IMG/VR virus record: IMGVR_UViG_3300020419_000859
DNA from: a virus
DNA length: 64,000 nt
Reading direction: 5' to 3' (one strand)
Position 1 is the first letter of the stretch, and the number at the start of each line of letters is the position of its first letter. The notes under the pieces are model-generated. The model did not search any database, was not told the DNA's origin, and saw only the letters and a program-made list of their open reading frames with translations. The position numbers and the translations under genes were made by a program. This document shows, in pieces, positions 37,421 to 46,641 of the stretch.

Positions 37421-37758
37421 CTATATCTGAAATAGTTGTTATTAGTATTTCTGTAATAGATAGCAAAAGTATCAGCGCCGTCCATATGACAGAAAGATTG
37501 AGGTCTTTGATAATAATTTGTTTTACCAGTTGTCATGTTCTTTTTCATACCTGACTTACCTCTGTATCTGTATCTAATCTTCTTTGCATTTTTACTAGCA
37601 GATACTTCTTTAAAATATTTTAAATATTTAATAGGTATATCATATGCTATACAAGAGCCTTGATGTTTGAAAGGATCCACCATATATTTTAATATTACTT
37701 TATTGACAATCCTTTCAAAAACTTTTCTTCGTCTGTCTTTTTTTAAACTCATATTCAT
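37417..37758 (-). CDS. basic hypothetical early protein
   Basis: AGGAG SD before MNMSLKK; RYRYRG motif. Confidence 0.6.
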   Translation of the reverse strand: MNMSLKKDRRRKVFERIVNKVILKYMVDPFKHQGSCIAYDIPIKYLKYFKEVSASKNAKKIRYRYRGKSGMKKNMTTGKTNYYQRPQSFCHMDGADTFAIYYRNTNNNYFRYS

Positions 37759-37766
37759 ATTTTCTC

Positions 37767-38123
37767 CTATTTTAAGTATAATGGACCAGTCCAATTAATT
37801 GCATAATTACCAGATAATACATTACCTCTTGCTTGATTAAGAGCAGGAGCTTGCCAACCAGCAGGTTTTAATATATCACCCATTTTAAATCTACCGAAGT
37901 CAATCATAGAAATAAAAGCTTTTACACCACCGTTGTTTACAACTTTAATAAACTTTTTACCAGTTTTGATAGAAAAACCAGTGGCATATTCTTTACACAT
38001 TTTTTCTCTAACTTCGTTATTATCACTAGCGCCAAAGTTCTTTGTATAGTCTTCAACCATAGCGTTAGTCATATTCATTATTCCTTCTTTTAAAGTTTCT
38101 GCTTTAACGTTTACTGTAATCAT
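37767..38123 (-). CDS. conserved phage early protein
   Basis: G.K.IK…..V.AF…GDILKPA.W.APA.N.ARGN..W.GP.Y motif. Confidence 0.7.
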   Translation of the reverse strand: MITVNVKAETLKEGIMNMTNAMVEDYTKNFGASDNNEVREKMCKEYATGFSIKTGKKFIKVVNNGGVKAFISMIDFGRFKMGDILKPAGWQAPALNQARGNVLSGNYAINWTGPLYLK

Positions 38124-38305
38124 TATTTGTCCTCCTTGTATAATTCTTGAGCATATAAAGCTAAAATGTATGACGCAATACCTATCAAGGCCATTGAAGC
38201 ACCTTGTAAATATTTGTCTATTTCAATTGATCCTACGGCACCAACCATTGCTAAAGTACCGACTGTTGCCATTATTACTGACATGTATTCTATTATTTTT
38301 TTCAT
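38123..38305 (-). CDS. small membrane protein
   Basis: Start reassigned to MKKIIEY; two TMs. Confidence 0.6.
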   Translation of the reverse strand: MKKIIEYMSVIMATVGTLAMVGAVGSIEIDKYLQGASMALIGIASYILALYAQELYKEDK

Positions 38306-38340
38306 AGTGTATCCTTTGTTGTTTTTCATATTACTCGTCC

Positions 38341-38369
38341 ATCCTATAACATAAATACACTAAAAGCAA
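38341..38369 (-). promoter_or_regulatory. sigma70-type early promoter
   Basis: Minus strand TTGCTT-N17-TAGGAT. Confidence 0.7.
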
Positions 38370-38376
38370 GCAAAAA

Positions 38377-38568
38377 ATGAAAAAAAATACAAAAAAATTT
38401 GCATTTTTTCTTGTCTGTTCTCTTTTTGTTCTCGTTTCCTGCTCAAAAACTGTTAAGGATTGCAAAATTGAGCCGGATTATGAAAAAATTGGCGAATCAG
38501 CGTTAGAAAATAAAGAAAATTTAAGTGAAACTGAGCTAAAATCTGCTCAAATGTCATGTAAATTTTAA
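38377..38568 (+). CDS. small lipoprotein
   Basis: Lipobox LVSC; three Cys in the mature part. Confidence 0.55.
   Translation: MKKNTKKFAFFLVCSLFVLVSCSKTVKDCKIEPDYEKIGESALENKENLSETELKSAQMSCKF
38417..38431 (-). promoter_or_regulatory. alphaproteobacterial LexA (SOS) box
   Basis: GTTCTCTTTTTGTTC, 47 bp upstream of the minus-strand -35; overlaps a signal-peptide coding region. Confidence 0.55.
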
Positions 38569-38582
38569 GGATAAATATTTTT

Positions 38583-38744
38583 ATGACGTATTGTATGAAT
38601 TGTGGACATTCCTGTCATTGTGACAAGGTTTGCTGGCAAAAATATGATGAAGGAGGCGATACTTTGTGTTGTAAACACTGTCGGCACGAAGAAAAAGAAG
38701 AAAAATCAGTAAATTTTAACGAAGATTTATTTAATGGAGCATAA
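38583..38744 (+). CDS. Cys/His-rich mini-protein (53 aa, not in the ORF track)
   Basis: MTYCMNCGHSCHCDKVCWQKYDEGGDTLCCKHCRHEEK…; late promoter GATAAATA at 38570. Confidence 0.7.
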   Translation: MTYCMNCGHSCHCDKVCWQKYDEGGDTLCCKHCRHEEKEEKSVNFNEDLFNGA

Positions 38745-38745
38745 A

Positions 38746-39003
38746 ATGAGTAAAATGAGAATATTTAAGTTTTGGAATGAAGCAGGAGAAGAAAAAGAGA
38801 AAGAAGCGATGAGTTTAAAAAAGGCAGTCATGTCTGTTCAAGGGGATTATAAGGATAATTTCATAAGTGTTGAGTATATGACTAAAAAAGGCAAAAATAT
38901 TAGTCAATCTATAAAAATACCTATGGGTAGAAAAATAAGACAATCAATATTAGTTGAAAAACGAAGAGCTGAAGCAAAAGCGGCTAGAGAAGCGAGAAGA
39001 TAA
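38746..39003 (+). CDS. basic hypothetical protein
   Basis: GGAG SD; start MSKMRIF. Confidence 0.65.
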   Translation: MSKMRIFKFWNEAGEEKEKEAMSLKKAVMSVQGDYKDNFISVEYMTKKGKNISQSIKIPMGRKIRQSILVEKRRAEAKAAREARR

Positions 39004-39302
39004 TGCCGGCAATCTGTAGAAAAGGCGATAGTTTGAGTACCGGTCATATATGTACAGGTACAACAACGTTAAATACGCCTGGTCAATCTACAGTTAGAGC
39101 AAATAGTATATTAATTGCAAGAGTAGGTGATCCTACAGTAAGTCACCCTTTTCCACCGGCACCACCTTGTGCGCCACATGTTGCAAACGTTAATGTTGGT
39201 AGTTCAACAGTTAGTGTTTGTGGTAGTCCAATTGCAAGAATAGGAGATAGTGCAGACGCTGGAGCAATGACTTCAGGTTCTTCTAATGTTTTCTCGGGAT
39301 AA
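39003..39302 (+). CDS. PAAR-repeat spike tip protein (gp5.4-like)
   Basis: MPAICR.GD, IARVGD, PIARIGD and GS.NVF motifs. Confidence 0.9.
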   Translation: MPAICRKGDSLSTGHICTGTTTLNTPGQSTVRANSILIARVGDPTVSHPFPPAPPCAPHVANVNVGSSTVSVCGSPIARIGDSADAGAMTSGSSNVFSG

Positions 39303-39319
39303 CGTATAAATATATACGT

Positions 39320-39745
39320 ATGCCAAATTACGATTCAAGTTCTACGAACAACAGTAAAAGATCAAATAGAATCTATAGTGATCTAGATTTAAATTTTGGT
39401 CGTAATACTGTGACGAATGATGTAAATAAACTGACGGATGTAGAGGCCGTAAAGAGAAGTGTTAGAAACTTAATTAATACTTCACACTTTGAGAGACCTT
39501 TTCATCCTGAAATTGGTAGTGATGTAAGAAGAATGTTGTTTGAACCAATGACACCACTTACAGCACTTAATTTACAAAGAAAAGTTAACGAAGTTCTAGC
39601 TAATTTTGAACCAAGAATAAAATTAGTTCAAGTTTTGGCAAGGCCAGACATAGATAGAAATAGTTATCATTTAACAATTATGTTTTACGTTATAGGAACA
39701 TCGGAACCGGTAACAGTAGAAGCATTTTTAGAAAGATTAAGATAA
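39320..39745 (+). CDS. gp25: baseplate wedge subunit gp25
   Basis: YSDLDL.F…AVKRSVRNL..T…ERPF.P..G…LFE…EPR; late promoter TATAAATA at 39305. Confidence 0.93.
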   Translation: MPNYDSSSTNNSKRSNRIYSDLDLNFGRNTVTNDVNKLTDVEAVKRSVRNLINTSHFERPFHPEIGSDVRRMLFEPMTPLTALNLQRKVNEVLANFEPRIKLVQVLARPDIDRNSYHLTIMFYVIGTSEPVTVEAFLERLR

Positions 39746-39746
39746 A

Positions 39747-41588
39747 ATGGCAAGTAATAAACTCATAGTATCAGATTTTGACTTTGATAACGTCAAAGCA
39801 AACTTAAAAACATTTTTACAAAATCAACCAGAATTTTCAGACTATAATTTTGAAGGATCAGGCTTCGCCGTTCTTTTAGATACGTTAGCATACAATACAC
39901 ACTATCTTGGTTTCAATGCCAACATGTTTGTAAATGAATCTTATTTAGATTCTGCTGACATAAGAAAAAATGTAGTCGCATTAGCAAAAGCAATTGGTTA
40001 TACACCATCAAGTGTAAGAGCACCAATGGCCGAAGTAGATATTACAATTAACAACGCAAGTGGTTCAAGTGTGTTAATGAATAAAGGTACAACATTTACA
40101 AGTTCAGTAGAAGGAACAGGTTATAACTTTTTAACTAACGAAGATATTACAATTACACCATCTGCTGGCGTTTATAAGTTTTCAGGAGTTAATTTATACG
40201 AAGGTACTTTAGTCACTTTTAAATATACAGTAGATAGTTCAGACGCAGATCAAAAGTTTTTGATACAAAACGTAAATGCTGATACATCTACTTTAAAAGT
40301 CACTGTACAAAACTCAATTTCAGATTCTACATTAACAACTTACTCTTTAGCAACAGGTTTAAGAGGTATCAATGATGAATCAAAAATATATTTCTTACAA
40401 GAAACAGATAACGGTAAATTTGAAGTATATTTTGGTGATGGTGTTATCGGTAGAAAATTAGAAGATGGTAATATAGTTATTTTAGAATATATTGTCACAA
40501 ATAAAACAGAAGCTAACGGTGCAAGTACTTTTGAATTAGGTTCAAACATTGGTGGTTTTACTAATGTCACTATAACAACAAAATCAAGTGCTCAAGGTGG
40601 TTCAGAACCAGAATCAAAAGAATCAATTAGATACAATGCGCCTTTACAATATACATCACAAGATAGAGCAGTCACAGCAACAGATTATGAATCAATTGTT
40701 AAGACTTTATATCCTAATGCATTATCAGTTAGTGCTTGGGGTGGGGAAGATGATGAAACGCCAGTTTACGGTGTTGTAAAAATTTCTATTAAGGCTGCTT
40801 CAGGTTCAACTCTAACAGAGGCAACTAAAGCGTCTATCGTTAAAGGTTTAATACCTTACAATGTAGCTTCAGTAAGACCACAAATAATTGATCCAGAAAC
40901 AACAAGTATTTTAATAACATCAAACGCTAAATTTGATAAAAAAGGAACAAGTAAAACAGCAGACACTTTAAAATCAGAAATAATATCTGCTATAACAAAT
41001 TACAATACAACTACTTTACAAAAGTTTGATGGTGTATTCAGATTTTCTAAATTAACAGGTTTAATTGATGATGTTGATACAAGTATTTTATCTAATATCA
41101 CAACTATTAATATGAGAAAGAATTTTACACCTACTATAGGTTCATCTACAAAATATGATATGTATTTTAGAAATTCTGTTTACAATCCACATTCAGGACA
41201 CTTATCAATTTTATCATCAACAGGTTTCAAAGTTTCAGGAAGTGATTTTGAAATGTTTTTAGATGATGACAGTAATGGTAATATTAGAAGATATTATCTA
41301 GTAAGTGGTGTTAAGACTTATGCTAACAATACACAAGGTACTATTAATTACGAAACAGGTCAAGTCACATTAAATTCTTTAAACGTTGCTTCTATTTCTA
41401 ATATAAGAGGTAGTACTTCAAACGTTATAGAAATTACTGTACAACCTAATTCAAACGATATTGTGCCAGTTAGAAATCAAGTAGTAGAAATAGATGTAGC
41501 AAATTCAAATATAACTGTAGAGGAAGATACATTTGTTGGTGGTTCATCTGAAGCCGGTGTAGGTTACAGTACAACAACAAGTTATTAA
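39747..41588 (+). CDS. gp6: baseplate wedge subunit gp6
   Basis: DFD..K.NLK.FL..Q.EF.DYNFEGS…LAYNTHY; FGDG..G; Q.RAVT..DY. Confidence 0.95.
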   Translation: MASNKLIVSDFDFDNVKANLKTFLQNQPEFSDYNFEGSGFAVLLDTLAYNTHYLGFNANMFVNESYLDSADIRKNVVALAKAIGYTPSSVRAPMAEVDITINNASGSSVLMNKGTTFTSSVEGTGYNFLTNEDITITPSAGVYKFSGVNLYEGTLVTFKYTVDSSDADQKFLIQNVNADTSTLKVTVQNSISDSTLTTYSLATGLRGINDESKIYFLQETDNGKFEVYFGDGVIGRKLEDGNIVILEYIVTNKTEANGASTFELGSNIGGFTNVTITTKSSAQGGSEPESKESIRYNAPLQYTSQDRAVTATDYESIVKTLYPNALSVSAWGGEDDETPVYGVVKISIKAASGSTLTEATKASIVKGLIPYNVASVRPQIIDPETTSILITSNAKFDKKGTSKTADTLKSEIISAITNYNTTTLQKFDGVFRFSKLTGLIDDVDTSILSNITTINMRKNFTPTIGSSTKYDMYFRNSVYNPHSGHLSILSSTGFKVSGSDFEMFLDDDSNGNIRRYYLVSGVKTYANNTQGTINYETGQVTLNSLNVASISNIRGSTSNVIEITVQPNSNDIVPVRNQVVEIDVANSNITVEEDTFVGGSSEAGVGYSTTTSY

Positions 41589-41596
41589 TTTAGCCA

Positions 41597-44179
41597 ATGG
41601 CAAAATTTGATAATAAAATATCCAATTTAATAAACACTCAATTACCAGATTTTGTTGTTGATGATCACCCAAAATTTGTAGAGTTTTTAAAAACATACTT
41701 TCAATTCATGGAAGCTGCCGAGTTATCGGTAACTTCTATTGAATCTACAGACGGTATAACTTTAGAAAATCAAACAGGTGTTGCAAACAATCTAGTATTA
41801 GATGGTGGTTCACTTGGTGCAGAAAAAACACAACTAGATTTAGGCGATAAAATAATTTTAGAAGATAGTTCTTTTGGTAAATTTACTTTTAAAGAAACTG
41901 TCACAGGTGCAACTTCAAAAGCAACTGCTACTGTATTAGCTGAAGATTTAAATAACAATAGATTATTCATATCATCACAAGATAAATTTATAGTAGGAGA
42001 AACAATTACTGGTGGCAGTTCAGGTGCTCAAGCCGTAGTTAATAAGTACAGACCTAATCCAGTTCAAACTATTCAACAGTTAACAAACTTTAGAGATCCA
42101 GATAAAGTTATTAATGACTTTTTAAATAACTTTAGAGACGAGTTTTTTAAAACTATACCAGAAAATTTAACTTCAGGTGTAAACAAAAGAAATTTAATTA
42201 AAAATATTAAATCACTATACAAATTAAAAGGCACACAAAAAGGCCACGAATTATTTTTTAGAATACTTTTTAACGATCAATCAGAAACATTTTATCCTAG
42301 AGAACAAATGTTAAAAGTATCTGATGGTAAATGGTCTTCTACAAAAATTTTAAGAGTATTAAGTTCACAAGGAGAAACTTTAAGTTTAGTTGGTAGATCA
42401 ATTAAAGGTAGAACATCTAACGCAACAGCTATAGTAGAAAACGTATCTAAATTTTATATAGGTGCAAGTGAAGTTTCTGAAATAACATTAAACGATGATA
42501 CTATAGTCGGTACTTTTCAAGTAGATGAAATTATTGAAGGAACAGAAAATGATCAATCAGATTATTATATTTTAGCAACTGTCACAGGTGTACCAGGAGA
42601 AAAAACAATTACTAACGGTGGTGCTCTTTATAGTACAGACGATATTGTAAAAGTTACCGGTGGTGGTGAGCAGGCTGCATTTAATATTAATGATGTTAGT
42701 TCAGGTAAAATAACAGACATTGTTGTAGATGGTGGCGGATCAGGTTATGAAATAGGTGATACTTTATCTTTTACAAATACAGGAACATTTGGTGGTAATG
42801 CTTCAGGTGTTGTCACTGTAGTTAATGGTGCTATTGCTAACGAAGATACAGATCATATAGTATTAGAAGATGAAACATCAGCAGGCGATCACTTAACAGG
42901 AAATAAAATTGTACAAGAAACTGGTTCAGGCACAGGAGATATTACAGACATTTATTTAATAAGTGGTGGTGACGGATATAAATCTTTACCTACAGTTTCG
43001 GTAACATCTACATTAGGTTCAGGTGCAAACGTATTATCACATGGTACAGGAATAGGAAAAGTTTTAGGAATAGAAACATCTAATTTAGGTATTAAATATC
43101 AAAATTCTCCAGCACCTACATTATCATTTGTTAATTGTTTATTCATAACTGGTATTACAGGATCGTTTACAGCAGGAGAAACAGTAAACGGTGGTACTTC
43201 AAGTGCTTCAGGTTTAGTTTCAAGTTATAATTCATCAACACAAGTTTTAAAATTAAAAGAAGTTTCAGGTACTTTTCAATTAAATGAAATTGTATCTTCA
43301 AGTGGTGGTAGTGCTACTGTTAATAAATTAGATGTCACTGTTGCAACTGTAGATGTAAGAGCAGTTGTAGATACAAAAGGCGTATTCTTAAATGAAAAAG
43401 GACATATTTCAGAAAGTACAATGAAAGTACAAGATAGTTTATACTATCAAGATTTTTCATATGTACTAAAAGTAGGTAACTCAATTAATTTATGGAGAGA
43501 CGCATTTAAAAAAACAATGCATACTTCAGGTTTTTATTTTACAGGTCAAGTTGATTTAGAAAGTAGATTAAATGCAAAAGTTCAAGTAGCAACAGGTTTC
43601 AATACTGGTACAGTTGGCGAACCATTACTTGCAATGATGAAATTAATATTTGAAACTGTATTTGGTAGAAGAACAGGAACAGTAGATGATGGTACATCAA
43701 AATCTATTCAACCAAATCAACCAAATCCAAATAACAATAGAGACGTGACTTTAACAAGAGCACCTATTGGTATTAGATTAAATTTAAGATTAAGAAGAAC
43801 GTTTTTAGGGGCTACTGTTGCAGGTAACGTAAATGTTGCTCAAGGTTTTGCATATTGTGGTCCTAGATTTAACTCAATAAATAAATGGGCTGGTACAGCA
43901 TATGGTATTACGGCTAACAGATCAAGTGGTATTAATGGTACAAGTGGTGTCACTTTTCAAAGATTGAGTGAATTAAAGGTAACAGGTACTAGAACAAGTT
44001 TAGATGGTAAATCAGCGTTGTTAGAAATGATAGCTGGTGACGATCTTAATGCCGGTAGACAATTTAAGACCAACTTTACTTTTCCAGCGGATATTACATT
44101 CCCAGGAGAAGAATCGTTTAGTGGTTCAAGTATAACTTTTGATAGCGGTGTTAAGAAATTTGACCAAACAAACGTATAA
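41597..44179 (+). CDS. gp7: baseplate wedge initiator gp7-like
   Basis: QLPDFV..D.P.F..FLK.Y; LIKNIK.LY..KGT; QDS.YYQDFSY; synteny after gp6. Confidence 0.8.
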   Translation: MAKFDNKISNLINTQLPDFVVDDHPKFVEFLKTYFQFMEAAELSVTSIESTDGITLENQTGVANNLVLDGGSLGAEKTQLDLGDKIILEDSSFGKFTFKETVTGATSKATATVLAEDLNNNRLFISSQDKFIVGETITGGSSGAQAVVNKYRPNPVQTIQQLTNFRDPDKVINDFLNNFRDEFFKTIPENLTSGVNKRNLIKNIKSLYKLKGTQKGHELFFRILFNDQSETFYPREQMLKVSDGKWSSTKILRVLSSQGETLSLVGRSIKGRTSNATAIVENVSKFYIGASEVSEITLNDDTIVGTFQVDEIIEGTENDQSDYYILATVTGVPGEKTITNGGALYSTDDIVKVTGGGEQAAFNINDVSSGKITDIVVDGGGSGYEIGDTLSFTNTGTFGGNASGVVTVVNGAIANEDTDHIVLEDETSAGDHLTGNKIVQETGSGTGDITDIYLISGGDGYKSLPTVSVTSTLGSGANVLSHGTGIGKVLGIETSNLGIKYQNSPAPTLSFVNCLFITGITGSFTAGETVNGGTSSASGLVSSYNSSTQVLKLKEVSGTFQLNEIVSSSGGSATVNKLDVTVATVDVRAVVDTKGVFLNEKGHISESTMKVQDSLYYQDFSYVLKVGNSINLWRDAFKKTMHTSGFYFTGQVDLESRLNAKVQVATGFNTGTVGEPLLAMMKLIFETVFGRRTGTVDDGTSKSIQPNQPNPNNNRDVTLTRAPIGIRLNLRLRRTFLGATVAGNVNVAQGFAYCGPRFNSINKWAGTAYGITANRSSGINGTSGVTFQRLSELKVTGTRTSLDGKSALLEMIAGDDLNAGRQFKTNFTFPADITFPGEESFSGSSITFDSGVKKFDQTNV

Positions 44180-44205
44180 ATATAATATATAAATAAAGAG
44201 AGATC

Positions 44206-45132
44206 ATGGCAAAACAAACAATAAACATAGGTTCAACACCAAACGACGGACAAGGTTCTACTATCAGAGTCGGTGGTGATATAATTAACGATAACTTTAA
44301 CGAAATCTATACTGCTTTCGGAGACGGCTCTAATTTAAGTTCAGGTTTTATCACAGGTAAACAAGAGGGTACCAATTTTTCAAATTCTATAATGGTTGGA
44401 CATAGTACAACAGGTACTTTAAGTTCAGCAGAAAATAATGTCGCTGTAGGTAAAGGTTCTTTAGAATCTATAACTTCAGGAAATGAAAATACAGCCGTAG
44501 GTTTTGACACTTTAAAAGTGGTAACAGGACAATCAGGAAATGTTGCTGTAGGTAACTCAGCAGGTAAAGCTGTTGCAAGTGTTAATAATACTTTAGTAGG
44601 AGAAAATGCAGGTTTAAAAGTATCTTCAGGAAGTACCAATACTTTTGTAGGTCATAATGCTGGTAATGCAATTGAAACTGGTTCAGGAAACGTAATTATA
44701 GGAAACGCAGTAGGTAACTCTGCTTCTACAACTAAACAATTTACTATTGCAGGATCAGACGGTTCTAGTTTGACAACTTGGTTAGAAGGAGACTCTACAG
44801 GTAAAGTTGTAGTGGCTGCTGATCCAACAGCTGCTATGGGTATCGCAACGAAACAATACGTAGACGCTCAGGTTGCTGGTGAAAACGAAATATCAGAAAT
44901 GAACGATGTCACTTTGACTAGTATTCAAACTGGTGATATTTTACAGTGGAACGGTAGTGCTTTTGTTAATTTTGCTTTAGGTACAATAGGTACTATGGCT
45001 GCTCAAAATGCCAATGCAGTCAATATTTCTGGTGGTTCTATCACTATGGGATCATTATCTAACACGTCAACTTTACTAGTTAAAAACTCTAGTGGTACAA
45101 CATTAAAAACAATTATTGGAACAACATCATAG
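44206..45132 (+). CDS. baseplate-attached fibre with gp9/gp10-like N-terminal anchor
   Basis: MAKQ.INIG..PNDG.G..IR.GG..IN.NF.EIY; N.AVG..A beta-helix repeats; ATKQYVD. Confidence 0.7.
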   Translation: MAKQTINIGSTPNDGQGSTIRVGGDIINDNFNEIYTAFGDGSNLSSGFITGKQEGTNFSNSIMVGHSTTGTLSSAENNVAVGKGSLESITSGNENTAVGFDTLKVVTGQSGNVAVGNSAGKAVASVNNTLVGENAGLKVSSGSTNTFVGHNAGNAIETGSGNVIIGNAVGNSASTTKQFTIAGSDGSSLTTWLEGDSTGKVVVAADPTAAMGIATKQYVDAQVAGENEISEMNDVTLTSIQTGDILQWNGSAFVNFALGTIGTMAAQNANAVNISGGSITMGSLSNTSTLLVKNSSGTTLKTIIGTTS

Positions 45133-45160
45133 GAAAGTATTATAAATAGGAATAAGAATT

Positions 45161-46630
45161 ATGCCAGCGATAATAACAACAAAATTCAGAATAAACAACA
45201 GTGAGCAATTTCACGAGTCTTTTAGTGAATCTGCTCCAAACGTTTACTATCTTGGTCTAGCAAGACCACAGGCTTTCGGTACTATCACAAGAGCAGATGG
45301 CCGAACAGATTACGAAGGAACAGACTCAAATCCAATAACTCCAGGTGATACAGTTGTTGCAGAGTTTAATACTTTTGATGATCTTTTAGCAGCTAAAAAA
45401 ATAACAAGTTCAGATGTTTCTTTTGCAATACCAAGAAGAAATTGGGCAACAGGAACAACATACGATATTTACAGACACGACTATGGCGAATATGTGACTG
45501 GTAGTACATCTACTAGAAATACAGCTAATGGTGGTGCAACTACTTTACATGACGCTAATTTTTATGTTTTAACTACAGACAGAAATGTATACAAATGTAT
45601 TGACAATGATGGTAATACTACTTCAACAACAGAGCCATCTGGTACAGGTACAAGTGTAATTACAACTGCTGATGGTTACAAATGGAAATATATGTACACT
45701 TTATCGGCGTCTCAACAATCTAATTTCTTATCAACAGATTTCATGGCAGTATCAACTAACTCAACAGTTAGTTCAGCCGCTGTAGACGGATCAATTGATT
45801 GTATTAAAATTAAATCAGCAGGTTCGGGTGGTTCTAACGGTACTCACTCTGTCACTATTAAAGGTGACGGTTCAAGTGCAACTGCTAACGTAGTAGTTTC
45901 AGGTGGAACAATTACATCGGTAACTATGACTAACGTTGGAGCAGGTTATACTTTTGGTACAGTTTCAAATGCAGAAATAGTATCTGCTGGTGCAACAGGT
46001 TTAACTGGTGCAGAATTAGATGTGATTATATCTCCAAAAGGTGGTCACGGTAAAAATGCAGTAGAAGAATTAGGTGGTTTCTTTGTAATGTTAAATGTAA
46101 ATTTAGAAGGAACAGAATCAGCAAACTCTGGAGATTTTCATGCTGGTAACGACTTTAGAAAAATTTGTTTAATAAGAGATCCTGCTTCAGGTGGTTCAGC
46201 TGCTTCAGCAAACACTTTAAGAGGAACAAAAGCAATCAGAATTAACTCAACTCCAACACCAGGTACTTTTACAGTTGATGAAGAAATAAATCAAGCAACT
46301 ACAGGTGCAGTAGGTAAAGTTGTAGAATGGGACGCAACAAACAGAATTTTATATTATATTCAAACAAGACACAATGACGCCGGCGTTGACGCTAATGGTA
46401 ACTTGACAGCATTTTCTAGTACACATGTAATTACTGGTCAATCATCTTCAGCAACAGGTACACCGGAGACTAGTGTATCATCAACAATTAACAATGTTGT
46501 ATTTTCAGGTGGTTATTCTACTCCGGAAATAGATCATGACTCTGGCGATGTATTGTACATAGAGAACAGAGCACCTATTCAAAGAGCAACAGATCAAACG
46601 GAAAATATTAAACTAGTCATTGAGTTTTAA
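45161..46630 (+). CDS. gp8: baseplate wedge subunit gp8
   Basis: MPAIIT..FR..N…F; R.NW..GT.YD.Y; VYKC.DN; DGY.WKYMY; P.GGHG; DQ.E.IK.VIEF. Confidence 0.9.
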   Translation: MPAIITTKFRINNSEQFHESFSESAPNVYYLGLARPQAFGTITRADGRTDYEGTDSNPITPGDTVVAEFNTFDDLLAAKKITSSDVSFAIPRRNWATGTTYDIYRHDYGEYVTGSTSTRNTANGGATTLHDANFYVLTTDRNVYKCIDNDGNTTSTTEPSGTGTSVITTADGYKWKYMYTLSASQQSNFLSTDFMAVSTNSTVSSAAVDGSIDCIKIKSAGSGGSNGTHSVTIKGDGSSATANVVVSGGTITSVTMTNVGAGYTFGTVSNAEIVSAGATGLTGAELDVIISPKGGHGKNAVEELGGFFVMLNVNLEGTESANSGDFHAGNDFRKICLIRDPASGGSAASANTLRGTKAIRINSTPTPGTFTVDEEINQATTGAVGKVVEWDATNRILYYIQTRHNDAGVDANGNLTAFSSTHVITGQSSSATGTPETSVSSTINNVVFSGGYSTPEIDHDSGDVLYIENRAPIQRATDQTENIKLVIEF

Positions 46631-46641
46631 GGAAGGAAACT

